Of a DNA stretch of 64,000 nt, positions 37,291 to 51,785 are shown one piece after another; position 1 is the stretch's first letter, and the number at the start of each line of letters is the position of its first letter. The notes under the pieces are model-generated. The model was not told the DNA's origin. It worked only from the letters and a program-made list of their open reading frames with translations, and made no database searches. This DNA is from Chiloscyllium plagiosum (lineage: Eukaryota), in NCBI RefSeq assembly GCF_004010195.1, contig NC_057719.1, positions 48,038,119-48,102,118 on the forward strand. Reading direction: 5' to 3'. The position numbers and the translations under genes are program-made.

Positions 37291-39124
37291 GCCTGCAGTT
37301 ACAGGCCTTTTTTTTTTACAAGTTTCATTCAACCTGTTGTGTCTCCACTGACTTTGAAAGAGCCTTTCATTTAGCTCCATTTCCCTGTCCTATCAATTCC
37401 GTGTGCGGGTTGTTTTCAAACATTGATTCATTTCTTTTAATATGATTTTCTGTGTCTGTTGTTACAACTGAGAAATTCCATGTCATAGAATATCACTGAC
37501 CAAAGTATGTCTTGACCCTTTTTTAAAGTTTTTTAATCTTTGAATTCATGTCCTTTCCTTACTGAGTTGCAGGTATAGTTTGCATGGCTTTACCTTACAA
37601 CTTTTTTTTAAAAAATGAAATGTTGACTGGCATTCTTTTTCCTCTTGACTCTTTAGGCTAATGAAAATGGACACAATTTGTACCTCTTGAAACTAATTTG
37701 TTTTTCCTAATCTGTCCTTTCATTTAGCTAGGTAATGTTCCAAATGTTTTTGAGTTGATTTTATGAAGGATTAGGAACCTATAAATTAAAAGCAGGTGCA
37801 GACCTCTTGATTCCTTGATCCTACTCTAGCATTCAATAAGATCATGGCTGATCTGATTTGTTTTATTTCTTCCTATCTCTCATTAATCTAGGAACAGACT
37901 ATTCAGCCCCTGTAGTCTCAATATGTTAAATAATGGTTGAACATTAACTTCAATGCCGTGTTCCTGTTCTATCCCTGTATCACCTTGTGTCGTTTAACCA
38001 TAAATTTATTAATCTGCTTTGCACTTAATGACTGAGCTTCCAAGGCGCTCTGGTAGAAAATTTCCAAGATTTAGCCACCCTTCTGAATGAAGAGATTCCT
38101 CAATTCTGTCCTAAAAACACTTGCCTTTAATTCTGAAACTGTCTGTCCTGGTTCTAGATCCCATAACCAGCAAAACATCCTTTATGTTTATACTCTGTAT
38201 CTGGAACTTTGTTAAATTTGTATGAGAATACCTCTTATTCTTTACTATTGCAGAGAATTATAGGCAAATGCTTCTTTTTTTTCTTTGCACAAGACAGTGC
38301 TAACATTAAATGAATCTGTCCAGTGACCCTCCATTGCACTCACTCTCTGGCACACATGTCTTCCGTTAAAAGGGCCAGAACTGCTGCAGCACTTGTGATC
38401 CAGCCTTGCCAACCAGTTTACCACAGGGAACCTTGTCAAACACCTTACTGAAGTCCATATAGATCATGTCACTGCTCTGCCCTCATCACTACATTGTGCT
38501 AGTACCACCATTAATTCCTCACTTCCTCTTCTTCCTAAATGTCATGGATCCTTTGTGTTTCCAGCCCCAATCTATCATCCTGCAGCCATGTGTCTGTAAT
38601 AGCTACACTTTATGTACTACTATTTACACTTTCAGGTCATCTGTTCTATGTTGACTGCTATCTGCAGTCAGATACAATGTCTTTAGTTTTGTTGTTTTAC
38701 TTTTTTCTCTAACCTCGACTTTACCTGTTGATTTTGATGCTTATCTTTTGTACAGTATCCTTTCCTGTCATTTTTCTTTGTTGATTTTTCTCTTGCCTTG
38801 CCATGTCTCTACTCTTTTTGAATTTTTGGAAGATGTTATACATCAATCACTTGTGGCTTAAGAAACCGGCTTATGTGAGTTTATCCTAAACTTTTGTGGA
38901 ATAAGTCGAATAACCTGCTGAGAAGTAGGACAAATGAGTAGAGTTTCACCATGGACATTTCACTTTGCCTCATAGTTGTATAGATATTTATCATTCATCT
39001 CTGACTCATATATATTCCTGTGTCATACAATGCTTGCTTTGCCTATGTTAAAATTTTGTAAGTTTCAGAAGGTAAGCTTTTTTTTTTAAAAAAAAAAATT
39101 GACACTTTCTGCTTTTGTTCACAG

Positions 39125-39236
39125 ACTCAGTTGCAGGAGGAAGTTGAAAGGAGACAAGAGGATATGCAGAAATTTCTCAGGAACGTAACTGCAGAGCATG
39201 AGAAACGGCTGACAGAGGTTCAGGGTACAAAACAAG
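39125..39236 (+). CDS. KTN1: KTN1 exon E10 (112 nt)
   Basis: tttgttcacag|; TQLQEEVERRQEDMQKFLRNVTAEHEKRLTEVQGTKQ; AAG|gtaatc; phase 0-1. Confidence 0.92.
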
Positions 39237-41171
39237 GTAATCGAAACAGATACTTGATCATCTTTCACAACATTAATTTTAAGAAGTTGTTTTCATCCCC
39301 ACCTGTCCCTCCTTTATTTTTTTTGTTGCTTCCCTTGAAGCAAATTTGCAAGATGCAGTTCTCTGGTTAATCCTTGTCTAGTATGATATTGTTGATCAAG
39401 GAATAGACCTACATATTTGATAATTATCTTGAAGTTGGTTAGTAAAGCTGAATGATCATCTGATTGCACACTTCCATTTATCTAGGATGTGCATGAGGAA
39501 ATTCACCATTGTAGTTGGTTTGGTTACATTGCATTGTGGAGTTAGCCTTTCAACTGTGTCAAATAAAGGAGTCTTTTTATTTCGGTACCCTACCTGTTTC
39601 CTCTTGCATGGCAATGGGTATAGTCTGTTCAGACTATTGAACTTGGAATGTTTGCAGTGTTGAGTTGGTCATAGACAGAACTGCCTAAGAAATGTTATTG
39701 TGTATGCTTTACCGTTTCTAATGAAGGATTCTGTGATGCAATGTGGAAGAGGTCCTTCAGCCCATCAAGCATCTGGACTGCCAAAATATCCTGCCTACAC
39801 TAATTCCACTTTTTTGCATGGGGCCCATTGCCTTGAATAGTATGGCATTTCAAAAGGTTATTGAAGTACTTAACATTTCTCATCTCAACTAACCTCCCAG
39901 GCAGTGCATTCTACAAACCCACAATCCTATGGGGTGAAGAGGTTTCTCCTCTCCTATCTAAACCTCTTGCCTTCACCTTTTTAATATTATGACCCCTTTT
40001 ATTATTGACCTTGCTTTCTATTTATGTGAAAGCAGCAGCTTACTATTCGCCCTGTCCATGCCACTCAATGTTCTGTGCTTCCATCGGGTCTCTCCTCAAT
40101 CTTCTCTGTTCCAAAGGAAACAACCCAAGCTTATCCAGCCTCACTTTGTGGTTGAAATGTTCTGTCACGGGCAGCATCCTGGTGAAATACAGTGTCTTAC
40201 AAAAGCTTCAGAAGAATGCCATAGAGAGAAAAACATGATTCAGAAGTTAGAAGTTCGATAGCAAGCTTCTGTCGCCCTTGGCACCTTTCAATGTAATCAT
40301 AGTATTTCTTTCGGTGACTGAGCTCCTTTTTAACCTTATGGTGATTATTTTGCATTATGTATTGTGTTCCACTATTTTAACTGGAAATATGTTTGCTGTA
40401 ACTTCTACTTGACACTTTGGTTTTCTTGATGGACTTTGGCTATGGAGTTATTTACCATGGTACATGGAGTAAGTGAAAATTTTATGATTTGTACCTGAGT
40501 CCTTTGGCATGTTTGAGTGGCTTCCCATATTTTGCTATCTGTGTTGAGTAATGTTCTTCCCCTATCCTTATACCAGATGCATTTGCTGTTTTACTTTGTA
40601 TATTTATTTTCATTGGATTTCTATTTATGGCATAATTTAAAAAAATCTTTTTGACCCTTTCACCAAGCTAAGTAAGCTGCACTGTCCAAAACAAGTGAAA
40701 GAGTTGCTGCCTATGGATTTGCATTCTAAAGATTGCTGATTTTTTTTTTGTAAATGTCAATAGTCTTTCCTATTCCATGCTAAACCAGCGTGACTCAGAC
40801 TGATCTTCAGTTAGTCTTTATTTTAATTGTTTTCAGTATTCAAAATCTTTTCCATTTAAGCATCTTGATTTGGTTTACTATTTACCAAAATAGAACAGAG
40901 TTACCTAACTAATCAGAAATACAGACTTGAAAAACTGCCTCCTCAAATAATGTTTTCTTCAGTTCAGTCTAGGAGCAGCAATTACTGGAAGAGTTTAATT
41001 GCATAATTAAGGAAATTCTTGCAATGTCAATTTTTTGTTTCTTTGCTCACTACATACAAGACTCTATTCTCTTTGCATATGATCTTTGCTAAAGTCTAGC
41101 AAATGCTTGTTGGCCACTGAAATACTTCTGAGCTGTCAGAGTTACAAAACATGGAGACTTTATCACCTTTT

Positions 41172-44100
41172 CTCAAAAAAAATTGTATTGAAAAAAATTT
41201 TATTTTTGTAATATGAAAATATAACATAACAAAAACAAAACCACATTAAATCAACCACTATACTACTCTACAAAAGAGCTCACATCTACACTTATTACAC
41301 ATCAATAAATAAGTAAATAATGGCACTCGGTGTAACAAGACCTCAGTGCTCAACCTTCGAGAGCATCAATTATTAAACTTGTTTGCTCGAAATCCTTCCT
41401 CTCAGGGCATTAGGCTTGTTAAGCCAAACCACCATGGCTAGACAAAAGCCCTAATTTAAAATGGCGGACAGATCGGCTTTCAAATAATTCAAAAATGGTT
41501 GCCATGTCTTATAAAAATTCTGTTTTCTGGTGCACCATATTTATAAGAAAGTACAAATGTGTTCCATAATTAACTCATGCCACCCTGACAGATCTGGGGG
41601 GTTCTCAGACACCCAGCACATCAGAATGTTCTTCTTCGCACAAAAAGTGAGGATGCTAAAAAGCTTTCTCCCATGTAAATCTAAGGCAGATGTATTCAGC
41701 AAACCCAAGAGAAGAGAAACTTGACTTTGGTCCCCAAGATCCTCTCTGTTACTCCTGTTCCAGTATGTTTGCAGTCCTGCCACATGTTCTGTACAATGAG
41801 TGAGGATACTTGTATTTATTTTACATTTGGGGCACATTGAAGATGCTCCATGCTTAAATTTTGCAAGATGATCTGGGGCCAGATGAGCCCAATGAAGGAT
41901 CTTTTAACTGCATAACATGGGTCCTATTACATTTTGAAATCTTCCACGTGCTCTCAAGTTTCTGGAGTGATCTCTAACCCTAACACACTCTCTCAGACCT
42001 CCCATAATTGTTCAATATCCCCTGAGGACCTCCCCCCTCCCAAACTACTGAGTGCTCTTAGCCTGCAGTACCCTCTTTTCCATATCAGATCTATAACACT
42101 CAGTCAGAAGTGTAGTCTTTTCTTTTTAGATAAAATCTCTGATCTGAAAAAAATGGAAGCTGTTCCTGCTCGATAATCCATAGTTGTTATTTGATCAAAT
42201 GACATTAACATTTCATCTTCAAACAGATCACTCAAACAAGAGACTCCCATATTTCCCCAGGACTTAAACCCAGGATGCGTTGTCCCTGGCTGGAAACCTG
42301 TCATACCAACTATGGGAGTATGGAAAGATGTTTTAGACATTGCCCTCAGCACTTTGATAGTATTATTAACTATTGGATTGCGGCAATATCCTTATTTTGT
42401 CCAGAAACGACAGGTTAATAAGAGGACATTTTGCCTGGGAAGCCTCAATGTCCAACCATATCAACGGTCTGCGACCCTTTGTAAAGCCCGTCTGATCCTC
42501 CTGAACAATAGAGGGCAATACCCTTTCCAACCTCAATGCCAGAGTCTTCGATAAAATTTTAAAATCAGAGTTTAAAAGTGAGATGAGTCTGTAAGAAGTA
42601 TAGTCTTCTGGGGTCTTCCCTTGAGAATGAGATATTGGCCCCCCTCAAGAATGACGGGAGGCAATCCCGACTGTGAATAGTTATACATGTTTAGCATCAG
42701 CCCTGACAGTATGTTTACAAATTCCTCAAAACCCACTGGGCAAGCCATTAGGCCAGGTGTCTTTTTACTTGGAAGTTGCCTCACTGCCTTCTATGTCTCT
42801 TGGGCTGTTAATGGAACACTAAGGAGAGACGCCTGTTCAGCAGACACCAGGAAGATCCAAATTCCTAAAAACAAGACTCCATCTTATCCTAACTGTTGGC
42901 ACAGCATTCAGAGTAAAACCTCCGAAACACCTCATTAATCTTTTTAGCATTGTACGTAAGAGTGCTATTCCCTTCCCTAATAGAAGCAATATATTAGGAG
43001 GCATTGTTCTTCCTGACCAAATATGCCAAGTATCTACCCAACCTATCAGCATGTTCAACCAACCTCTGCTTTGCAAATGAAAGTTCCTTCCATCTTTGCT
43101 GTATGCGTTAGCATGGGGTTTAAGATGGATTGGAGAGCTGTGATCCACTGCAGCTTAGTCACTGACAGTCTACTGTAATATGCCGTCTCAGCTGTTTTCC
43201 ATCGTGCCTCAAGCAGATGCTGCTGCTCTCCCTTCTGATTGGCAGAGTATGAGATAACAATCCCTCTTGCATAGGCTTTAGCAGTTTCCCAAAGAGTGGA
43301 TGGATTACTAACTGTACCTGAGTTAGTGGCCAAAAAAGCTTCAAATTCCCTGAAGAAGTATTCTACAAATTTGTTCTCCTTGAGAATGAAGGGATCTATT
43401 TGCCAGTACTGTGAGCCCATTGCATCATCCTTTAATCTTAACCATTAAATACACTACTGCATGATCAGAAATGGCAATATTCCCAATTGAACAGGATCCC
43501 ACCAAATATAAAAAAGCCATGGGAGTTAGGAAATTATCAATCCTTGTGTGGCATTTATGAGACTTGGGGGAAAAAAGTAACATCTCCACCCATGGTGTGT
43601 TAATGTGTCTAAATGTCTACCAAACCCCCCCCCCCCTGCCGAATGATGAAATGCCACGACGCCAAGGCCATCAGCTTAGTGCATCCGTCAGAAATCTAAG
43701 AGGTGGGCAGGAGGACAGTAGACATTCAAAATGCCAATTTCCTCACCATGTAGAAGAACCTTAATAATAATAACAAACCAACCATACTCTTCTTTAACAC
43801 CAATCTATTAAATTAAGTGGGAGACCTTCCCGGACGAGTATTGCCATTCCTCTGCTCCTAGTACTGAAAGACAAGAAAACCATCTGATCAAACCCACCTT
43901 GCTGTAACTTAAAATATTCCTTGTCATTAGGATGAGTCTCCTGTAACAGGGTAACATCCACCCTCTCCTTTCTTAGGCTCAACAGCACCTTTTCTCTTTG
44001 AACTGGTGAATGAATCCCTCTGCTATTCCAGCTGCATCATTTAAGAATGCTGCCAACCATGATCCTTTACAATCCTCTTAGACCTGCTGAGAGGCAGAAT

Positions 44101-45495
44101 TCCTCTTTGAACACACTGGGTATACTCAAAAGGAGAGTCCGAGTCTATTTACAAAAAAAACAAACTAAAACTAATCACGAAACACAAAAGGCACCCCTGC
44201 CCACGGTGGGTGCTTACATTTCCCACACACACCTCCATTTCCCCCCCCCCCCCCCACAACTTTCCAGCTTGAGCTGCACCCCAAACCCATGCAATGGAAG
44301 AAACCACACAAAGGACATTTGTAAACACAAGGGCATAACAAAAGCACTTTGCCCACACCCCACAATATATCAATACCACTCCAGCTTGGAGAAAAAAACC
44401 ACCAACAGCTTCTTTGGGAAAAGAGTGCAAGTACAAGAAATGAAAGCAAGACAAAAAAAACCCAGACACTATTTTCCATATCCAAAAGTACATCTACATT
44501 ATTTTAAAGTGTCCAATAAGTTTTTGGCTTGCTCCAAAGAATGAAATGACTGCAAAGTCTCCTCCTAAGTAATATGAAGCACCGCTGGGTATCTCATCAA
44601 ATATTGAATACCGAGGTCCTTTTAACCTTCTCTTAACCTCAAATGATCACTGCCACAGGTCCTGGAAAAACATTATCTTAGTTCCCTGATAGGTCAGGGT
44701 CTGCGGATCTCTCCCCAAGCTTCTAGAAGTTTCCATGACACTCTGCTTGTCCCTGTAGCATTGAAATCTTATCAGAATTGGGCAGGGGCACTGATCCTGA
44801 CTGGATCTGCGCACTGCAACCCAGTGAGCTCTGTCAGCCTTAACCCGGTCCACCTCGGCATCCCAGCCAAGAAAGTCTTCAAAAACACTTGCTGGCTGCC
44901 CACCTTCTACTCCTTCTAGTAGGCCAACGACCCGTATATTTTTTTCTCCTACTTCTATTTTCCAGGTCATCGACTTGCTCAGCCAGGACCCGAACATGTT
45001 TCTCAAGGGTGTGGATCCGTCCTGCCGAAGACTGTCTCCGATGCCGTGGTCTGCTGCTCAACCTCTTCAACTAGCTTCCTGAGCCCTTCCAACTCCTCAT
45101 CATGCTTTTGCAGCATGGTTGAAATGGGCTCTAGTTGATTAAGAGTCTCTTTCTTCATCTCCTGGATCAGCTTTTGGATCACTGAGTTCATCCACAATGT
45201 ACTGCTGTGCACGCGTTTCTTTAACGCTGCAGAGGAAGCTGCAGCTGCTTCCCCTTCCCCAATTACAGTCTCTGCTCCACCCCCCTACCCCACTGTTTTC
45301 GAGTGTCCTGAGTGTTAAGTCTTGGCTGTTAGCTCCCCCCTTAGATATTCTCGCACACTCCAAAAGGATTTAAATGGTTGTTTTACTGTTTAACCATTTT
45401 TTTCCCCAAAAAACTAAAGTGGGGGGTGAAAAAATATTGGGGTGCAGAACTCAGCAAGGCTGATCTATTCAGATCGCCAACATCTTGAATCCTCC
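41172..45495 (-). mobile_element. L1-clade LINE with both ends retained, internally deleted and frameshifted
   Basis: ORF1p remnants (VDDLENRSRR, NIRVVGLLEGVE, DRAH, ILIRF, KIMFFQDL) at 44650-45200; APE motif VTLLQETH near 43900; LWETAKAYARG; imperfect TSD tatcacc(c)tttt at 41161-41171 and 45496-45507. Confidence 0.88.
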
Positions 45496-46369
45496 TATCA
45501 CCCTTTTTTAATGCTGACTCTGAGTCTGCCTGATTTAACACTTGCAGGCATGCAGTTCTAAAGATGAACCAGTTTTCTTCTGAAAGTTAGGAGCGAATCT
45601 CCTTTAACAAGCCTTTCCGTTTGTCCATTCGTTATTATAACTCTGGTCATCACTGCATAATACTGTACCCAACTCCAACTGTTAAGCAATAAATGCAGGA
45701 TAGTCAGCTCAATAACTCATCGCTAGATTCTGTTAGGGTGGTTAGTTCTGAGGAAGAGTCACTGGGCCAAAACATGAACTCTGATTTCTCTTCTCAGATA
45801 CTGCCAGACCTGTTGAGCTTTTCCAGCAACTTCTGTTTTTTCATGGTGGGGAGAGGGATGTATATTGAGAATGGTGAATAATCAGTTTGAGATTGCAGTG
45901 CACAGCATTAGAATTGTTGCCTTTTTTGGTGTTTCTTAGTCCAAATCAAGTCAATTTGTGCATCTGCAAATTCATGCCTACTATAAACTATAATGCTAAC
46001 TCTAGGTTTAATACTTTGTGTCATATATTACTTACTGTATATGGTCATAAGGAGTGCAGTGCCTTCGATGTAGGGAATCTTAAAATTGAGAGCAGGGTAA
46101 GTAACAGTGTGCCTTGAGGTAATCTGATTACAACAATTTTTACACAAAGCATGACAACTTTAACCAGAGAAGTGAATGTTCCACTGTGAACTTGATGCAA
46201 AATCAAATATAGAACAAACCAGTGATAAAGTGATGGGTTAAGACAAGAAAAAAGGGTTTTTCTATTCGAGCTTGTCATTATCGCCAACAATAATGAAAAT
46301 TTATGAAGGAATGAGACTAAGTGCTAATGAAAAAGAATGGATTTGCAATGTGCTTTTCTTAAAAAAAAA

Positions 46370-46965
46370 AAAGTAAAGAAGAAATGCATTTTAGGTTAGA
46401 TTATAAGAGCAGGGTGGTTATTTTGGATCTATACTGAACTTCGGTTAGACTACACCTGGAATACTATGTACAATTTTTATCACCACAGTATCGAAAGGAT
46501 ACGATTGCACTGGAGAGTCTGCAGAGGGCGTTCATCCGGATATTGCTTGGGAGAGACTGCATAAGCAGGAGTTGTTTTCTTTGCAGCAGAGGAAGCTAAG
46601 TGGGGGACCTGATAGAGGTGTATAACATTTGTGAGGGGCATGAACGTGGTGAATAGAGGACAGCAGTTCCCCTTAGTTGAGGGGTTAGGAACGAAGGGGT
46701 ATAATCTTAAGGTGAAAAGCAGAGATTGGAAGCAAAATTTGTCCACCCATAAAGGTGGTTGTTGGGGAGAGGTGTCTGGAATGCACGGCCTGGGAGACGA
46801 GTTGAAGCGGGAAATCTCACAACCTTTTAAAAAGTACTTGAATGAGCACCTCGATGTCATAAAAATTTGAGGCTGTGGGTCTCATGGGAAAGTAGTAGTG
46901 TAGGTATTAGTGTATTTATGGTGGTACAGACTTGATGGGCCACAGGGCCTCTTCTGTACTCTGAG
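46370..46965 (+). mobile_element. CR1-type LINE 3' fragment
   Basis: ggggacctgatagaggtgtataa (GDLIEVY) and the 3' tail gggccacagggcctcttctgtactctga. Confidence 0.8.
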
Positions 46966-47503
46966 TCAAGGACAACAAAAGCTACTTGAAGTTGAATGAA
47001 CTGACACTAATGTTTTCAGTACGTAGTATATGGGGTATTGAAATTTAAATTTCATCATTTTTAAAGTGATAGTTTTGGAGGAGCAGGGCCAATGAGGCAG
47101 CGATATCTTGATTCTCTCCCTATAGACAAGCACATGTAGAAGGTGTAACTTCATATTGAAGATGTTGATTGCCTCACAGTTCTTGCCATAAAGTCTGGGG
47201 CATTGTTTTTGTGTACCTGATTATGCTTTTGCAGTTGGCTTTGGGCAACAGTGATTGACTATTGTCACATTTGGAATTCTAAAAGATAAAGTGTGAAAAG
47301 TGCATTTATGACTAAGTTAGTGAGCTAAACAGATGTGGATAATATCTATTTCCGGTTTTAAAAATGCATTGACAATTAAACTGGACAGCTAATTTAACAG
47401 TTTAGCATCACTGGAGATAATGAGAGAAAGTAGTACTTTTTACTGACATGAACAAAAGTGCCTTGTCTTGTTAATTGTAGCTTTATTGTAACATTTTCTT
47501 TAG

Positions 47504-47691
47504 ATTTACAAAGTAAACTTCTGGTTGCTGAAAATGAACTTGGCAGTAAAACCAAAGAGATCCAGAGCTTGCACAGTAAACTCACTGATACCATGGTGTC
47601 CAAACAGCAACTAGAACAAAAGATTATGCAGCTGGTAACTGCAGAACAAAAGCGAGCTACTGCAGATGAGGCCCTGAAGAAACAAGTGCAG
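47504..47691 (+). CDS. KTN1: KTN1 exon E11 (188 nt)
   Basis: ttttctttag|; DLQSKLLVAENELGSKTKEIQSLHSKLTDTMVSKQQLEQKIMQL...KQVQ; CAG|gtattg; phase 1-0. Confidence 0.96.
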
Positions 47692-48602
47692 GTATTGGTA
47701 GTCATGGATCTAAGTGTCAAAACTACGTAGAAGTTGATGTTCAGATTGTAGTTTCCTTCTGGAGATGACTGATGCTTTCTCATTGTGTCTTTGCTCTTAC
47801 CTTGTACCCCGTCTTCCCCACTGCCCAAGGACAGAATTCAGCATGCAGATTGATTGATTTATTTTTTAAAAAAATACTGTTTTCTAATTGACCCTGCTAA
47901 GGCAGCGATTATTAGTGCATCCTGTCTTGGGGTTCAGAAATCAGTTTTTTTCTATGACTTTTGCACATTGACAGATTTTATAACAGTGGAGCATTCAGAA
48001 TTGTTCTTTTGGTATAACGTTTGCTATTTCAATCATCGTTGGTTGTAGACAATAATTGAAATGTGCTAATTATCAAGGCTGGTACACCGTATTGCCAGAG
48101 CTTAAAGGTTATATAGTGCCTTTTGGCCAGGAATAGTCCAGTATGGATTGCAACCTTTTTTGCCTTTCCTCTTCATCACCCACCGCACCTCCCCAAACTG
48201 TGCATGCACAATTTTTTTTTCCCAACACGCTTCCATGTTTTCGTTCTCCAGTTACTAGAGAGAATTTTACCTTTTTGCAAACAGATGCAAAAGCCTCTGT
48301 TTTTCCTGATACCCATCCTGAGCAAAAATACTTAGTTAAAAGCCATGATGATTCTTGGTTAGATTAAGAATTTTTGGGTGTTCAAGTAGGTTAGAAAAGT
48401 GCATGGGGAGCCCTATCAATTGTACTGAAAACAGAATAGTAATTTAGCAAATGTATTAATTACTGGAAGGATCAATGTAAATGTAATGTTTAAGGAAATA
48501 ATTAAAACTGTTTTAGATACGTTATTTTCAAACATTTCGGTCCTGCCTTTTATCATGACATTTTTCACCTATTCTTTGTTGCTCACTTCTTGAAATAAAA
48601 AG

Positions 48603-48671
48603 GATCTTCTGGAACAGAAACAAGCTATGAATGCTCAGATGCAAAATCTTCATGCCCAAGTGACATCACAG
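48603..48671 (+). CDS. KTN1: KTN1 exon E12 (69 nt)
   Basis: Purine-rich acceptor aataaaaag|; DLLEQKQAMNAQMQNLHAQVTSQ; CAG|gtacgg; phase 0-0. Confidence 0.9.
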
Positions 48672-50070
48672 GTACGGTAACCTTTTTGAAGGTATCCGTT
48701 TCAATTTATTGAGATCTAAAGATGTGCACTCTTAAAAACGTTTCTTTGGAAGAATTATTTAAATAACTGAGGCTAAATTAGAGAATTAAAGTTGAGTCCA
48801 GTATGATTTCTCTTCATAAATGAAAAGTTTTGGAAAATGATTTTTTTTTCAAATACTTTTGACAGGCAGCCTAGCAGCAATGGGGCTGATGCTGTGGAGG
48901 TCCAGTGCAAAAGGCGAGTTCAATGTTAATTGTGGTGCAATAGCAAAAGAGATGTAAAATGGATGTAAATTAAAGTGACGGAGAGAATGGGAGGACCCCT
49001 TGCTCTTCCTCCGTCTCTGTCAAAAGTATTAAGCAAAAAATCCATTCCTAAGACATTTTACTTCTGAAGAAGTTATACCAGACTCAACGTTAACTGTTTC
49101 TCCCTCCACAAATGCTACCAAAGCTGTTGAGTTACTTCATTTTTCTGTTTGTTTCAGATTTCTAGCATCTGTAATATGTTGCTAATCTTTAGAAAATGTT
49201 GGTCTGTATTTAGACCTATTTGCACTGTTTGTTGACTTAACCCAATTTCAGTTAGGACTTTTATGACCCTTTCATGTTCTGCTACTTAGTTGAGCTAAGA
49301 AAATAAAACCAGCCAGAACTGATATTTTGGTCATAACCAAGAAATCTTAAAATACATAAGTTCATTTGATCTTTTTTGGTGCATAATGCAATTATGCTTG
49401 AGTATGTAAATATGGCTGTTGGAAGATTTGCCTCCACAGTTGTATATTCTGTCACTGAAATTTCTTTCAATAAAATTCTGCAGTATGTATGTTCGTAGAC
49501 ATTTACTTTGACACTGAAATTAAATCTATGAAATAATGTGTTTAATCGCAGTTCAGAGGCAGATGATGCATGGTTATGGATCTGTTTCTTAATTAGTGAC
49601 ACCACTTAAAGATGTGTTCACTTTGCAAGTAAAAATGCTGTTCAACAACTTGGTATGAGTGAAGAATGAAAGAACTGTTGTAAATTCTGGGATCAACGGC
49701 TTTAATCTGTGAACTTTTCACTTCAACTGGGGAGACCATAAATTTGTTTTCCATATGGTGTTCCGACATTGCTTTTGTGTTTGTATTTATGCGTGCTTCA
49801 ATTAAGGGTGCTTAAATTGCTTCTTAATTGTTAGATTTCTGTGAAGTACTTTTGAGTAGTGTAACTGTTTTTTGTTTTATCTTAAGCCATTTACTTAGCA
49901 ATTTTATATGCATATCAGTGCATCTTGTATCTTTTGATGTACTCCACAGAAAACCTGATCAATATCCAAAATGGAATTTCCTGTTTCTAATGTGCTTAGT
50001 TTTTCAGATTGTAACCAAAGATACAATTTGTCAATATATGCATCTTGCTTTATTTTGTTTTTACATTTAG

Positions 50071-50108
50071 GCTTCTGCGGCATGTGTAGTGGATGAGTTG
50101 CAGAAAAA
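50071..50108 (+). CDS. KTN1: KTN1 exon E13 (38 nt)
   Basis: tttacatttag|; ASAACVVDELQK(K); AA|gtaagt; phase 0-2. Confidence 0.9.
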
Positions 50109-51314
50109 GTAAGTCCAATCTAAATCGCTGTTACATTGTTAGCCTTGTGTTTGTATTTTTAAAAAAATACACAACTGACCTTTTCAGTCATGTAGGATTT
50201 TGCCCAAGTTTAATAAAACTGACAATGAGGACAGCAAGGTGAGTGGGATGGCACAACTTCGTACTTTCTGTGGAAGGATACATCCCCTTCTGTGGAGAGT
50301 GGGGTTTTTAAAAAAAGAAAACAAATATATGACATTTCAAATTAAACAGATGTTTGGCATTTGAGGGAACTGAAGAAATATATCAAATGGTATGGAGGTT
50401 TTTGATCTTTCCTCTTTCTCCAGCACAACTAATGAACTAGTTACCCTTCATGATTCCAGGTCAATAAACATGACCATTAATGTACCTGGCTGCTTTCCTA
50501 TTCTGGGGTTAATTGACCCCCAAGGATTAAAAAATAATCTGTCATGAGTGTGTGTTTGCACAGATAGTAATTTAAATCATTCATCCTGAATCTTGGATGT
50601 GTATGTGTGAAGAGTATGAAGTGCAAACCTGTTGTGCTCATCATTTGCTCAAATTTTTCTAATGCTTTTTAATATGTATTTCCAATCATTACTTTTTGAT
50701 TGTTGATTCTTGTTGCTTGGTTGTACTGGCTCTATTTGAAAGCTAGAACCAGATTCAAAATCTGGCTTTTGCCTAGAGTCATGATAGGGCATTAGAAGTT
50801 CAGTGTAAACTAGCCTGAGTTTGTAAATTACTATGTTTTGATATCTAACCTCAGCATACAGATCAAAGAAGCATCTGTTAAAGTGCAAAGTGATGACTAG
50901 GGTGGGATTTGATTGTGATCCTGCTGGAATAGTCATTTTTGAAAACTATTTAGGGGGTCTTGTGTTATGATAGTGTTCCTACTCCTTTGCCAGAATGCCT
51001 GGGTTCAAGTCCTTTTCAGATGTGTCATAAGCTGTCCAGACAGGTCTCCTTCAGTTTTTTTAGTTTGGAGAAGGCTGATGGTGGGGTGGAGGCTATTAAT
51101 GTATTGGTCCTCTTGTCATATGTCAGTGCTTTGGGGAAAGAAGGAAATGTTAACCTAGTTGTGCTTGTTTTAACAGTTCAATTGTTGTGGGCCTTTTTTT
51201 TTGGTTTACTAAATGCACAGCCAGAAAAGTAATTCAAGTTCACATTTCTTGGCCATTTGTGAGATAATGTATCACTTCGAATGATGCATTACTGTAATTC
51301 CTTTCAATTTAAAG

Positions 51315-51405
51315 GATTGTGGAGCAAGACAAGCAAATAAAGTTGATGGAGGAATCATTGGAAGATACGCAACTTTGTGTAAAAAGCAAAGAGGAGGACA
51401 TACAG
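51315..51405 (+). CDS. KTN1: KTN1 exon E14 (91 nt)
   Basis: tttaaag|; IVEQDKQIKLMEESLEDTQLCVKSKEEDIQ; CAG|gtatgt; phase 2-0. Confidence 0.92.
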
Positions 51406-51785
51406 GTATGTCAAAGAACCTAGAACTCTTTCCTAAGTGTAGCCTGTGGATTTTTGGCTGTATGTTGATTTGTTGACTGTTTGGATTTGTCCCTTAAATA
51501 AGAATGATCTTTGCTTTAAAATCATGCAACATTAATAAATGTTGTCGAACTTTGCGTCCTGCACCCTCATGCAGGGGAGGGCCGAGAGAGTCCTTTTATG
51601 GTAACCTCTGTCAGTGCAGTTATTGAACCCACACTATTATTAGCATCACTCCGCACTGTCAACAACCTGTCCAGCCTATTTATTTTAAAAAAGAAGTTTC
51701 TGGAGTCTGTTTGATCAGTTGGCTGGACAACTGGTTTGTCATTGTGTTACACCAATTGCTTCAAAACCTCTACTGGCTGAGCCTA

